This document shows positions 51,538-61,129 of a DNA stretch of 64,000 bases, piece by piece (the first letter of the stretch is position 1; each line of letters begins with the position of its first letter). Under the pieces are notes generated by a model that was given only the letters and a program-made list of their open reading frames with translations, was not told the origin of the DNA and did not search any database. This DNA comes from a bacterium (GTDB taxonomy: Bacteria; UBA8248). Location: assembly GCA_965199855.1 (NCBI GenBank), contig OZ241326.1:768001-832000 (forward strand). Direction: 5' to 3'. Position numbers and translations under genes: made by a program.

Positions 51538-51851
51538 TTTGTCTTCTCCTTGATGGGAATGGAACGTTGTTTTTCGCTCAGATGGAAGCCATCGGCTCCG
51601 AGATGCCGCCGGCCTCCCGGAAGCGCCCCTGCCGCACAGACGCCGAAGAATCCCGTAGCCGCGGCCGGACGCTTCCCTCGCGCGAACCCGGGAGAACGCC
51701 CCCTTCGCCTCGCCGCCCCTGGATTCAACCCGAGGCGCCATTCTATTTCAGGGGGCGGCCCCGCGTCAATCCTCTCCGGGAGAGCGCATCCGCGCCGCGG
51801 CTATCCGGCGGCCTTCGTTCGGTGGACTATCGCTCGCGCGCCTGTCCGCGG

Positions 51852-51928
51852 TGGAGCCGACGACCGGACTTGAACCGGTGACCTGCTGATTACGAATCAG
51901 CTGCTCTACCTGTCTGAGCTACGTCGGC
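51852..51928 (-). tRNA. tRNA-Thr(CGT)
   Basis: Cloverleaf, anticodon arm CTGAT-T-CGT-A-ATCAG, GTTCAAGTC T-loop, encoded CCA. Confidence 0.95.
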
Positions 51929-51962
51929 CAGAGGACGCGCCCGCCATTGCCGCGCGAGAGGC

Positions 51963-52053
51963 ATTGAACACGCGCGCGCGGCGCCCGTCAAGCAGCGAGA
52001 AGGCGTGGCGCTTTCGCGTCGGGGTTGACTTACCCGGCGGCGCGGCGTAAAGC
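51963..52053. promoter_or_regulatory. Divergent sigma70 promoters for the two tRNAs
   Basis: Minus strand TTGACG-17-TTCAAT (51991 to 51963); plus strand TTGACT-17-TAAAGC (52025-52053). Confidence 0.6.
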
Positions 52054-52066
52054 TTGTCCTTCCTTC

Positions 52067-52142
<76 letters not shown>

Positions 52143-52259
52143 CGAATCGCCCCGGGCCCCGCTTGGGTTCCGTTTTCTCCATTCGGGGACGCCTCGCCGA
52201 TGCGCGCCGGCCCCGCCGCCCGGAGAAGCAAGGCGCCTTGAAGCGCTCCAAGAGACATC

Positions 52260-53435
52260 GTGATCATGTATGACAATGTCGTAGCCCATAAAATCGCCGA
52301 GCAAGATCCAAGCGTTCCCCTGACGAACTTCTCTGCCGTCCAGCCCGATACGGCCCTGGAAAGCCTGAACCTGAACTGGCGAGAAAGAGACTTGCCTCAA
52401 AGATTGAGAACGAAGCACGTCCATTGCCTTCACCCCTACCTGGGAAAATTCATTCCGCAAATCGTAGAAATTTTTCTGCGCAAATTTCAGCCGCGGCTGG
52501 TCTATGATCCTTTTTGCGGTTCCGGGACGACTCTCGTCGAAGCGAAAACTTTGGGGATTCGCTCGCTTGGAACCGATATTTCCGCCTTCAACGTCCTGCT
52601 TTCGCGCGCCAAGACGAGCGATTACGACATCAGGACGCTCAAGAATGAAATTCAGGACATCTTGTTCAGACTTTCCATATTCAAGGAGCAATTCGCCGGT
52701 GAGGCGCGCAACGAATATCTGGAGGAATGGTTCTCGGAGCAGGCGAGAAGGGAGCTTCTATGCTATCTGGATTTGATCAAAGATTACGAATATCAAGATT
52801 TGCTCAAGATTATCCTTTCCCGCTCCGCGCGCTCGTCGAGACTCACAACCCACTTTGACCTGGACTTTCCCAAGAAGCCGCAAAAAGAGCCCTACGAATG
52901 CTACAAGCACGGGCGAATCTGCCGGCCGGTTCAGGAAGCCTACAAATTCCTGAAGCGATACACGATCGATACCTTGCGAAGGATTGAAGAGTTCCATCAA
53001 CTAAAGCCGGCAGGCGAGGCGGAAGCACTTCACGGAGACGCCCGGGCCATTGAATTGCCGAACGGGATAGACATGGTCTTTACTTCTCCTCCCTACATCG
53101 GCCTCATCGACTACCACGAACAGCACAGATACGCCTACGAACTGCTCGGTCTGGAAAACAACGAAGCGAAGGAGATAGGCTCCGCAAAAAAAGGGGCCTC
53201 TCAAAAGGCGAAGCGGGAATACATCGAAAGCATCAACGAGGTGCTGTTGCATACGCGCTGCCACATGGCCAAGGACGGGATTATGGCCATCGTGGTGAAC
53301 GACAAATACGGCCTTTACGATCCTTCCCAAGTCGGCTTCGAGGCCATCGGGAGAGTCGAACGGCACGTGAACCGCCGCACGGGCAGACGCGGCGACGCCT
53401 TCTACGAAAGCATCTTGATTTGGAAAAAAGCATGA
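52260..53435 (+). CDS. N4-cytosine/N6-adenine DNA methyltransferase
   Basis: HPYLGKFIPQ, YDPFCGSGTT, FTSPPY. Confidence 0.9.
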   Translation: MIMYDNVVAHKIAEQDPSVPLTNFSAVQPDTALESLNLNWRERDLPQRLRTKHVHCLHPYLGKFIPQIVEIFLRKFQPRLVYDPFCGSGTTLVEAKTLGIRSLGTDISAFNVLLSRAKTSDYDIRTLKNEIQDILFRLSIFKEQFAGEARNEYLEEWFSEQARRELLCYLDLIKDYEYQDLLKIILSRSARSSRLTTHFDLDFPKKPQKEPYECYKHGRICRPVQEAYKFLKRYTIDTLRRIEEFHQLKPAGEAEALHGDARAIELPNGIDMVFTSPPYIGLIDYHEQHRYAYELLGLENNEAKEIGSAKKGASQKAKREYIESINEVLLHTRCHMAKDGIMAIVVNDKYGLYDPSQVGFEAIGRVERHVNRRTGRRGDAFYESILIWKKA

Positions 53436-54247
53436 TTGAAAGGGAGACGCGACTTTGCATCAAGGGTTACCTTGAAGGCTTCATCCAAGGCATCATAGAC
53501 GACAAAGCCAGCGCCAGCTTCGATCCCAGAGAGTTGCGGCCATTCAGAAGCGAATCGAAAAAAGCCGATCTGAAGCCCTTCCATGAGTCTCTGCTTCCGG
53601 ACGGATTGCTCAGAATAAGCGAATTCGAAAGGTCGTTTTCCACCAAACTGGGAACGACGTTTGAGGAATGCGCCCGGCTCATCGCCCTCGCCCATCACAA
53701 GCACGCGGAGAGGGCGTATCGCGTTGCGGGTCAAATTTCTCTTGAAGCCGTCAGGTTCATCGAAGAGACGGTCAGCGCGATAGATTCCGGCGGACTGAAG
53801 AGGAGCTACCCAGAACTCATCGAGCAAACGCTCAGGCTTGCGGAGAAGGGGGAGCGCGCGGAAAGGAGCAGCATCGTCGATCTATACATTCTTACGCATG
53901 ACGACGCGAGAATTTTCATCGAGATCAAGAGCCCGAAGCCAAACAAGGGGCAATGCGTGGAAATCATGGGGCGATTGCTTCAGATTCATGGCCTGACTCA
54001 TCGGGAATACCCGAAAATCAAGGCGTATTACGCGACTGCCTACAACCCTTACGGTGTTGAAAAGTCAACATATAAGCACAGCTTCGCCCTGAATTATATG
54101 GACATGGAAAACGAAGTTCTGCTAGGAAGGGATTTTTGGGAGCTGGTCGGCGGAAACGGGACATACGAGGAAATCCTTGAGATTTATCAGGAGGTAGGAC
54201 GGGAAAAGGGACCGGCCATGTTCGAGCAGCTGGCGCTCGGGTATTAG
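53432..54247 (+). CDS. Type II restriction endonuclease, TdeIII-like family
   Basis: FERSFSTKLG, VDLYI...IEIKSPKPNKGQ, AYNPYG, GRDFWE; ATGA overlap with MTase. Confidence 0.8.
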   Translation: MIERETRLCIKGYLEGFIQGIIDDKASASFDPRELRPFRSESKKADLKPFHESLLPDGLLRISEFERSFSTKLGTTFEECARLIALAHHKHAERAYRVAGQISLEAVRFIEETVSAIDSGGLKRSYPELIEQTLRLAEKGERAERSSIVDLYILTHDDARIFIEIKSPKPNKGQCVEIMGRLLQIHGLTHREYPKIKAYYATAYNPYGVEKSTYKHSFALNYMDMENEVLLGRDFWELVGGNGTYEEILEIYQEVGREKGPAMFEQLALGY

Positions 54248-54641
54248 CTCCTTATTCACGGACGCGGGCCAAAAGCGACTGAACGAGGCCCATCCGATAG
54301 GCCGCCGATGACGCATACGCCATCCCGGCCCGGAGAGAACGCCGGCCCCGCGGCGGCGATGGAGACCGACGATGGATGACGCCGGGAAGAAGACCATGAT
54401 GGAGCAGATCGCGGCGGCTCGCGGGTGCCGTCTCGCCTGAGGCTTTCCTGAGTCCCGCCCCCGCGCGGATCATAGAGAATTGCGGCGAGGAGGCGGAGGC
54501 CATGCTTGCCAGGAGAATCGGCGAGCGCATGGGCATATTCACGGAGGCGGACAGGACGAGCGACCCCGCCGCGGCTCTCCCCGCGCCCGGGGCAACCCGC
54601 GCCCCCCTCGGCGCGCGCGATGCGAAGGATGAGCGGACGCG

Positions 54642-55085
54642 ATGAGCGACAAGCCCGAATTCGTCTGGGAAAACCTCAAGGTCGGCATGGTGATCGGCGA
54701 GCGCAGCCTCGAGGTGACCCAGGAGATGGCGGACGCCCACTGCGAGGCCGTGGGCGCGCGGCGGGAGCGATACGCGGGCGAATCCCCGACGGGCGGGCCC
54801 ATCGCGCCGCCGATGCTCTTCATCAACGACCTGCTCGCCATCTACGACGAGAACTACAGGCGGTTCGGCACCATCCACGCCAGGCTGGGCTACCGCTTCC
54901 ACCGGCCCGCGCGAATCGGCGAGACCGTGCGGCAGAAGGTCACGGTCACGGACTTATACGTCAAGAGGGGGAAGGGCTGGATCGTGAGCGAGCTGCGCGT
55001 GACGAGCGAGGCGGGGGCGCTCCTCCTCACCTCCTCGCACGCCTCCGTCCTGAGCCTCACTAGAAGGCACGCGGAAGATGGCTGA
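54642..55085 (+). CDS. MaoC/hotdog-fold dehydratase subunit
   Basis: PIAPP, FHRPARIGE, YVKRGK. Confidence 0.75.
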   Translation: MSDKPEFVWENLKVGMVIGERSLEVTQEMADAHCEAVGARRERYAGESPTGGPIAPPMLFINDLLAIYDENYRRFGTIHARLGYRFHRPARIGETVRQKVTVTDLYVKRGKGWIVSELRVTSEAGALLLTSSHASVLSLTRRHAEDG

Positions 55086-55527
55086 GAATTTTCGCGGAAT
55101 CGAGGCGATGGAGGTCGGCGACGCCCTTCCCGCCTGGACGTTCGAGATGAGCCGGGAGTCCATCCTGAAGTTCAACCGCTACGTCGCCGGCGGGCGCGAT
55201 ACGAAGAACATCCACACGGACGACGCGGCGGCGCGCAGGGCCGGCCTCCCCCGGGCGGTGGCGACCGGCCGCCACCCCGTCGCCTTCATCGCCGAGCTGA
55301 TGGTCGAGCATCTGGGCGCGGGCTTCCTCGAGGGCGGCGAGCTGGACGTCGCCTTCGTCAAGCCCGTCTTTCCGGGCGACGTTCTCCATCTTTCGGCGAC
55401 GCTCAGGGAGAAGAGGCGCGAGGGCGGGGAGACGCGCCTCCTCTTCGATGTCGCGCTCGCCAACCAGGAGGGCGCCGCCGTCACGGTCGGGACGGCGGGC
55501 GGACGCCTCCCGGCCTCCGGCGCGTAG
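55078..55527 (+). CDS. MaoC-family dehydratase
   Basis: NIHTDDAAARRAGL, FVKPVFPGD. Confidence 0.85.
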   Translation: MAENFRGIEAMEVGDALPAWTFEMSRESILKFNRYVAGGRDTKNIHTDDAAARRAGLPRAVATGRHPVAFIAELMVEHLGAGFLEGGELDVAFVKPVFPGDVLHLSATLREKRREGGETRLLFDVALANQEGAAVTVGTAGGRLPASGA

Positions 55528-55537
55528 GCCGCGCCCG

Positions 55538-57670
55538 ATGCGCGCGCGCCGAGGCTCCCTCGACAGCCTCTTTCACCCGAAGTCCTTCGCGGTGGTGGGC
55601 GCCTCCTCGAACCTCCGCAGGCTGGGGGGCATCCCCCTGCGCCTCACGATGGAATACGGCTTTCCCGGCCCCGTCTACCCGATCAACCCCGCCCGCGAGG
55701 AAATCGCGGGGCTGAAGTGTTACCCGGACGCGGCTTCCCTTCCCGAGGCGCCCGAATTCGTCCTCGTCTGCGCGCCGCGGGACGACGTTCTCCCCGCCCT
55801 CGTCCAGTGCGCGGAGCGCGGGGCGCGCGCCGCCGCCGTCATCACCGCGGGCTTCGCCGAAGCCGGCGCGGAGGGAGCGGCGCTTCAGGAGAAGATGCTC
55901 GAGCTCCGCGCGGCGTCCGGCATGAGAATCCTGGGTCCCAACTGCATGGGCGTGGTTCACGTCCGCTCGAGGCTCATGGCCACGTTCACCATCTCCATCC
56001 GGGAGGACGATCCGCTGGTTCCGGGGGCGGCGGCGGTCGTCACCCAGAGCGGGGCGATGGGGGCGTGCATGCTGACGGGCCTTCAGGAGAGCGGCGCGGG
56101 GATAAGCGCGCTCGTGAGTCTGGGCAACGAGGCGGACATCGACTTCGCCGAATGCGTCGAATACTTCCTCGACGACCCCCACACGCGCGTCATCTGCGGG
56201 TATCTCGAATCGGTGAAGGACGGCGCGCGCCTCAAGCGCGCCGCCGCCCGGGCGCTCGCGCGGGGCAAGCCCATCGTCCTGCTCAAGGGGGGCAGGACGG
56301 AGGAGGGGGCGCGCGCCGCGCGGAGCCACACCGCCGCCATCACCACGTCGAGCGCCGTCTTCCGCGCCTTCGCCGACCAATACGGGATTCACGCGCCGGA
56401 CTCGATGGACGAATTTCTGGAAGTCGCGGACTTCCTCGTGCGCTCGAAGCCGATCGCGGGAAGCAGGCTGGGCGTCCTCAGCTTCTCGGGCGGGCTGGGC
56501 GCGCTCGCCGCCGACCTGGCGGCGGAGGCGGGCTTCGAGCTCCCCGCCCTGGGCGAGGAGGCGCAGGCGAGGCTGCGGGACGTCCTCCCCGACTACGCCC
56601 CGACGGAGAACCCCGTCGACCTCGTCTCCGTGATGGTCAGCCGGCCGGACAGCCAGCCCCTGCGCGCGGCGGGCGAGGCGGTGGCTTCGGACGAGGGAAT
56701 CGACGCCCTGCTCTTCCTCATGGGCATCTACCACCACGCGGGCGAGCGAATCGCGGAGCAGGTGAAGGGGCTGTTCGAGGCGCTGGACGTCCCCTTCGCC
56801 TTCGCCTGGCTCACGGGGCCGCGCGAGAGCATCCAGGCGCTCAGGAAGCAGTCCGCGCCCGTCTTCGGCGACTACCCCCGGGCGATTCGGGGGCTGGGGG
56901 CGCTTCTCTCCCTCGAACGGGCGCGCGAGGCCGCAGCCTCCCCGGCGCGCCCGATGAACCGCGCGCGGGCGGAGGCGGCGAGGGAGATCATCCGCGGGCA
57001 TCCGCCCTCGCCTGACGGCTTCTTGCCGCCCGAGGCGTGCGCCGGAATTCTCGACCTCTACGGGATTCCGAGACCCCGGGAAATTCTCGCCGAAACGCCG
57101 GAGGAGGCCCTTCGCGCGCGGGAGGAGATTGGGGGCTCCGTCGCGCTCAAGGCCGTATCCCAAAGCCTCACGCACAAGACGGAGGCGGGCGGCGCGCTCC
57201 TGGGCCTGGACGGGCCGGAATCCATCCTGGCCGGGGCGCGAAAGCTGCTCGCCCTGGCGCCCGACGCCCGCCTTCTCGTGCAGGAGATGGTCGAGGGCGG
57301 CGTCGAGCTGCTCGTCGGCGCGGCGCATGACCCGACGTTCGGCGCCTGCGTCACGGCGGGGCCGGGCGGGATATTCGTCGAGGCGCTCGGCGACGCGGCG
57401 CGCCTGCTGCCCCCCTTCGACGCCCGCCAGGCGGAAAGGGCGCTCCTGGGCCTTCGCTCGCGCGCCTTATTCGAGGGCTTCCGGGGCGGGCCGGCCGTTC
57501 CCCTCCCGCTCGTATCGGGTATAATCACGAAGATCGCGGACGTGGCGCTCGAACTGGAAGGGGAGCTCGTCGAGATGGAGATCAACCCGCTCATCGCGCG
57601 GGCGTCAGATTGCCGCGCCGTGGACGCGCGGATGCGGGCGCGCCCCGGGCGCGGGAGGAAGGGCGCATGA
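55538..57670 (+). CDS. ADP-forming acetate/acyl-CoA ligase family protein
   Basis: AVVGAS, GPNCMG, SLGNEAD, SHTAA, ENPVD, HKTEAGG, EINPL. Confidence 0.9.
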   Translation: MRARRGSLDSLFHPKSFAVVGASSNLRRLGGIPLRLTMEYGFPGPVYPINPAREEIAGLKCYPDAASLPEAPEFVLVCAPRDDVLPALVQCAERGARAAAVITAGFAEAGAEGAALQEKMLELRAASGMRILGPNCMGVVHVRSRLMATFTISIREDDPLVPGAAAVVTQSGAMGACMLTGLQESGAGISALVSLGNEADIDFAECVEYFLDDPHTRVICGYLESVKDGARLKRAAARALARGKPIVLLKGGRTEEGARAARSHTAAITTSSAVFRAFADQYGIHAPDSMDEFLEVADFLVRSKPIAGSRLGVLSFSGGLGALAADLAAEAGFELPALGEEAQARLRDVLPDYAPTENPVDLVSVMVSRPDSQPLRAAGEAVASDEGIDALLFLMGIYHHAGERIAEQVKGLFEALDVPFAFAWLTGPRESIQALRKQSAPVFGDYPRAIRGLGALLSLERAREAAASPARPMNRARAEAAREIIRGHPPSPDGFLPPEACAGILDLYGIPRPREILAETPEEALRAREEIGGSVALKAVSQSLTHKTEAGGALLGLDGPESILAGARKLLALAPDARLLVQEMVEGGVELLVGAAHDPTFGACVTAGPGGIFVEALGDAARLLPPFDARQAERALLGLRSRALFEGFRGGPAVPLPLVSGIITKIADVALELEGELVEMEINPLIARASDCRAVDARMRARPGRGRKGA

Positions 57671-58107
57671 GCGGCAGAATCACCCCCGAAATCCGCGCTC
57701 TGGTGGGGCGAAGGCACGGGCCCTACCGCGTCCGCGTCGAGCAGGGGGCGATAGAGAAGTTCGCGGACGCCATCGGCGACCCGAACCCCGCCTACCGGGG
57801 TCCCCGGGCCATCGCGCCGCCCACGTTTCCCACCACCTTCCGGCCGAAGGACGCCTATCCCGACCTGCCGCCCGACTTCGGCGACGTGGGGCTTCACGCC
57901 TCGCAGGTCTATGAATTCGACCGCCCCCTGCGCGCGGGCGACGAGCTGGAGGTCTCCTTCACCATCAGGAGCGTCACGGAGAAGCCGGGCCGCTCGGGCG
58001 ATCTCGTTTTCATCGAGCGCGAATACGAATTCACGGACGCGCGCGACGGAACCCGCGCGGGCGGGGGGCGGTGGGTCTCCCTCCGGCGGTTTCAGAAGCG
58101 GGGATAG
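57667..58107 (+). CDS. FAS1-like/MaoC N-terminal dehydratase subunit
   Basis: VEQGAIEKFADAIGDPNP, APPTFPT, LHASQ. Confidence 0.85.
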   Translation: MSGRITPEIRALVGRRHGPYRVRVEQGAIEKFADAIGDPNPAYRGPRAIAPPTFPTTFRPKDAYPDLPPDFGDVGLHASQVYEFDRPLRAGDELEVSFTIRSVTEKPGRSGDLVFIEREYEFTDARDGTRAGGGRWVSLRRFQKRG

Positions 58108-58110
58108 GCG

Positions 58111-58521
58111 ATGAGCCTCCGAAAGGGCGACGCCCTGCCCGAACTCGCCAAGCCGCCCGTGTCGAGAATCCAGCTCGTGAAATACGCGGGCGCGAGCGGC
58201 GACTACAACCCGATTCACTTCGACGACGAGGCGGCGCGGGCGGGAGGGCTCCGGGGCGTCATCGCCCACGGGATGCTCTCGATGGGGTTTCTGGGGCAGT
58301 TCGTGGAGGCCGCCTTCGGCGCGGGAAGCTGCCAGAGGATCGAGGCGCGCTTTCAGGGCATGGTGAGCCTGGGCGAGGAGATCGTCTGCCGGGGCGTCGT
58401 CGCCGAGACGGGCGAGGAGGACGGCCGCCCCTTCGCCGTCTGCGAAATCGAGGCGGCGGACCCGGGCGGCCGCGTGGTCGCCTCGGGCGAGGCGCGCGCC
58501 TGGCTGGACTTGAACCCGTAG
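58111..58521 (+). CDS. MaoC-family dehydratase
   Basis: YAGASGDYNPIH, IAHGML. Confidence 0.9.
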   Translation: MSLRKGDALPELAKPPVSRIQLVKYAGASGDYNPIHFDDEAARAGGLRGVIAHGMLSMGFLGQFVEAAFGAGSCQRIEARFQGMVSLGEEIVCRGVVAETGEEDGRPFAVCEIEAADPGGRVVASGEARAWLDLNP

Positions 58522-58534
58522 CGAGAGGATTTTT

Positions 58535-59278
58535 ATGAGACTCAGGGACAGAAACGCCCTCGTCACGGGCGCGGCGCAGGGCATCGGCCGCGCCGTCTGC
58601 CTGCGCTTCGCCGAGGAGGGCGCGCGCGTCCTCGCCGTGGACATGAACGAGGAGGCGGGCGAGGAGACGGCGCGCCTCATCCGGGAGGCGGGCGGGCGGG
58701 CGGCGTTCCACAAGGCCGACGTGAGCCGGCCGGAGGAGGTCGAGGGCGCGGTCGAGGCGTCGGAGAGCGCGCACGGCCCCATCCGCGTCATGGTGAACAA
58801 CGCGGGCGTCGTTCGCGCCGCCATGCTCCACAAGATGACCGAGGCGCAGTGGGACGAGGCGCTCGCCGTCCACCTGAAGGGAACCTGGGCGGGGATTCAG
58901 GCGGCGGCGAAGCGGATGATTCCCCGCAAAGAGGGGCGCATCATCAACGTCACCTCGGGCGCGGGGCTTCGCGGCACCATCGGCCAGATCAACTACGCCT
59001 CCGCCAAGATGGGCGTCGTCGGCGCGACAAAGAGCGCGGCGCGCGAGCTGGGCCGCTACGGCGTCACCGTCAACTGCGTCTCGCCCGCCGCCATCACCCC
59101 GATGACGGAGACCATCCGCACCGACGAGCGCTTCGAGTCGAAGTATCTGGAGCGCATCTGCCTCGGCAGGTGGGGGGAGCCGGAGGAAGTGGCGGCGGGC
59201 TTCGCCTTCCTAGCGTCGGATGAGGCGAGCTACGTGACCGGCATCGTCCTCCGCATCGACGGCGGCCTGGGGATGTGA
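58535..59278 (+). CDS. SDR oxidoreductase (3-oxoacyl-ACP/CoA reductase-like)
   Basis: TGAAQGIG, NNAG, YASAK. Confidence 0.92.
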   Translation: MRLRDRNALVTGAAQGIGRAVCLRFAEEGARVLAVDMNEEAGEETARLIREAGGRAAFHKADVSRPEEVEGAVEASESAHGPIRVMVNNAGVVRAAMLHKMTEAQWDEALAVHLKGTWAGIQAAAKRMIPRKEGRIINVTSGAGLRGTIGQINYASAKMGVVGATKSAARELGRYGVTVNCVSPAAITPMTETIRTDERFESKYLERICLGRWGEPEEVAAGFAFLASDEASYVTGIVLRIDGGLGM

Positions 59279-59296
59279 GGGGGCGGCCAGTCGCCT

Positions 59297-59790
59297 GGCC
59301 ATTTTCCCGATCAGGGGCATCCAATCTTCATTAGGGCCGCCCGGAACCCGTAGGGGCGGTTCGGGAACCGCCCGTTGCGGACGATAACGGCGTTGATTCG
59401 GACAACCACAAGGGGTTGTCCCTACGAAATACCCCGCCGTCATTCCGGCGGAAGCCGGAATCCAGAACGGTCGCGTCATTCGAGAAAGACGGGCGGCCGC
59501 CCGATCATTCACCTGACCATCGGCGCAGGGTTTCGTAGGGGGCGCATATATGCGCCCCGAACGGATGAGCGCGCGGGCGCGGAGGCGAAGAATATCCACC
59601 GGATCGGTTGCGCGCGCGTGGCTTCGCAGGGGCGACCCGTCCGCAACCCGTAGGGGCGGTTCGGGAACCGCCCGTTGCGGACGATAACGGCGTTGATTCG
59701 GACAACCACAAGGGGTTGTCCCTACGGATGCGAAACCACCCAACCGTCGCCAGCCTACGCGCGGGGCGCATATATGCGCCCCCTACGAAC
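59297..59790. repeat. REP-like palindrome cluster
   Basis: About 80 bp unit CCGTAGGGGCGGTTCGGGAACCGCCC...GTCCCTACG repeated at 59348 and 59648; GGGGCGCATATATGCGCCCC at about 59539 and 59763; CGTCATTCCGGCGGAAGCCGGAATCCA at about 59438. Confidence 0.85.
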
Positions 59791-59817
59791 CCAAAGACCC
59801 CGCCCCGTGAAACGCTC

Positions 59818-59971
59818 GACCCCCGACGCCTTTCGACGCCGGGGGTCTTCCTCGCCATGCCACGCCCCGCCCTGCCAAGCCTGGCCGAGCCATGCCTTGC
59901 CCTACCTTGCCGCGCCGTGCCCCGCCTGGCCAAACCTAGCCGTGCCCTGCCGGGCCACGCCTCGCCATGCC
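59818..59971 (-). ncRNA. GGY-NN pentamer array 2 (24 units, 59852-59971) plus GGAAG and 13 bp GAAA-tetraloop hairpin; candidate guide RNA
   Basis: Perfect 5 nt register, 22 GGC and 2 GGT constant triplets, variable dinucleotides; hairpin GACCCCCGGCGTC-GAAA-GGCGTCGGGGGTC. Confidence 0.75.
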
Positions 59972-60010
59972 TCGAACTGTCAGTTTCTCACGCTTCGCGT
60001 CGTTTTCAAT

Positions 60011-60128
60011 GAGCGCGGGGGTAATATATTCGGGCCCCCGCTCCCCTTCCTCGCCAAGCCTCGCCTCGCCAAGCCTCGCCGAGCCCAGCCACGCCTTGCC
60101 ATGCCCAGCCGAGCCACGCCCCGCCCCG
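60011..60128 (-). ncRNA. GGY-NN pentamer array 1 (15 units, 60051-60125) plus GGAAG and hairpin; candidate guide RNA
   Basis: Begins 3 nt after the stop of 60129..60728; ends GGCGA-GGAAG then GAGCGGGGG...CCCCCGCGCTC hairpin. Confidence 0.75.
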
Positions 60129-60728
60129 CTAATCCGTCAACGCCTCGATGCTCTCCGTCTCGAAGCGTCCATAGACGCCGGATTTCTCCGGCCGCCAGTC
60201 GCCCAGGCCGATGCGGCGGCCGGCGATGTCCAGCCACGCTTCCAGCTGGCTCTGATCGACGAGCTCGTCATCCGCCTCGACGACGAACGCCACCCCCCAT
60301 TCGTCGAATTTCGCCCGCGTTCGCAGGACGCGGCTGCGCTGGACGACGACGCCCGTCGTGAACTGCGCGGTCTTGGCGAGCGCCTCCGCCGTCGCTCCCA
60401 TGCTCCTGTCGTAGGAGAACTCCTCGACTTTCTCCACGAGCATCCCCTCGCGCACCTGCGGGCCCTGCTTCAGCTTTCGCGCGCCCGTTTCGATGGCCGC
60501 CCTGAGCATGCCTTCCGGGACGGTAGGCCCGCCGTCCGCGTCGAGATAGAGACTGGTGAGGCAGTCGAGCTCCCGGAGCCGGGCTTCGTCGGACTCCGTG
60601 CGGTTGCTCCCCCGCTTTCGCGCGATTTCCGCCTTCTCGACGTTGGCAGGGGATCGCGCGTCGAGTCCAGCCGCGCCGTTGTGCATGATGAGCGGTCTGA
60701 TGCCCCTGATTTTGATTCTGTATCGCAT
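60129..60728 (-). CDS. Stand-alone RAMP/Cas7-like protein (199 aa)
   Basis: ATG after GGGGAGAGGAA; IKIRGIRPLIMHN first strand, GPTVPEGMLRAAI (RAMP P-x-IP-x-x-x-LK-like), C-terminal Gly loop GLGDWRPEKSGVYGRF. Confidence 0.7.
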   Translation of the reverse strand: MRYRIKIRGIRPLIMHNGAAGLDARSPANVEKAEIARKRGSNRTESDEARLRELDCLTSLYLDADGGPTVPEGMLRAAIETGARKLKQGPQVREGMLVEKVEEFSYDRSMGATAEALAKTAQFTTGVVVQRSRVLRTRAKFDEWGVAFVVEADDELVDQSQLEAWLDIAGRRIGLGDWRPEKSGVYGRFETESIEALTD

Positions 60729-61129
60729 TTCCTCTCCCCTGAATGTTCGCCCGTCCGCCGCCGGGACGCCGGCAGAGGATCGGGCCTCAAGTCGGGCCGC
60801 CCCTCGGCGCGTGATGAGCGGCCCAGCATCCCCGGCGTCTCCGCCGTTTCCGACTGCGCCGCGGCTTCCCTGAACGCGGCCATGAATTGATGCGGGTCGC
60901 CGCCGTATTTCTCGATGTGGCGGCGCAAGGTGGTCGCCGCTTGATGGCATACCCCGCAAAGCGCGGTGAGATCGTTCGCCGTGAGCTCCCCCGGCTTCGG
61001 ATACCGCCATGCCCAATGATGCGCTTCCTCGGCGGGCCGTAGTCCGCAGAACTGGCACCTGCCCCCGCTTCGGGCGAAGGCTTCCGCCCGCGCCGCCTCG
61101 TAATTCGGCCCGTAGGTCGATTCCTTCAT
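60470..61129 (-). CDS. HNH-type Zn-finger nuclease (domain in first ~90 aa; low-complexity tail overlaps next gene)
   Basis: RSGGRCQFCG...EAHH...DLTALCGVCH; GGGAGGG RBS; extended -10 TGCTATCTT at 61155-61163. Confidence 0.7.
   Translation of the reverse strand: MKESTYGPNYEAARAEAFARSGGRCQFCGLRPAEEAHHWAWRYPKPGELTANDLTALCGVCHQAATTLRRHIEKYGGDPHQFMAAFREAAAQSETAETPGMLGRSSRAEGRPDLRPDPLPASRRRTGEHSGERKCDTESKSGASDRSSCTTARLDSTRDPLPTSRRRKSRESGGATARSPTKPGSGSSTASPVSISTRTAGLPSRKACSGRPSKRARES

Noticed and set aside
54252-54640. ORF fragments or attR after the restriction endonuclease
   Set aside because: No coherent frame and no copy of the tRNA-Lys 3' end found by eye
59297-59790. 80 bp repeats as a CRISPR array
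   Set aside because: Only two long copies 300 bp apart, internal palindromes with GTAG/CTAC ends, no unique 30-40 nt spacers; REP-like
59852-60125. Pentamer arrays as a simple microsatellite
   Set aside because: Adjacent units almost never share the dinucleotide while the GGY register is perfect, unlike slippage expansion
59505-60361. ORFs crossing the pentamer arrays (59505..59933, 59608..60012, 59675..60361, 59980..60237)
   Set aside because: Their ARxGx/PxLA periodicity is a by-product of a 5 nt repeat; no RBS or domain, and the constraint is at nucleotide level
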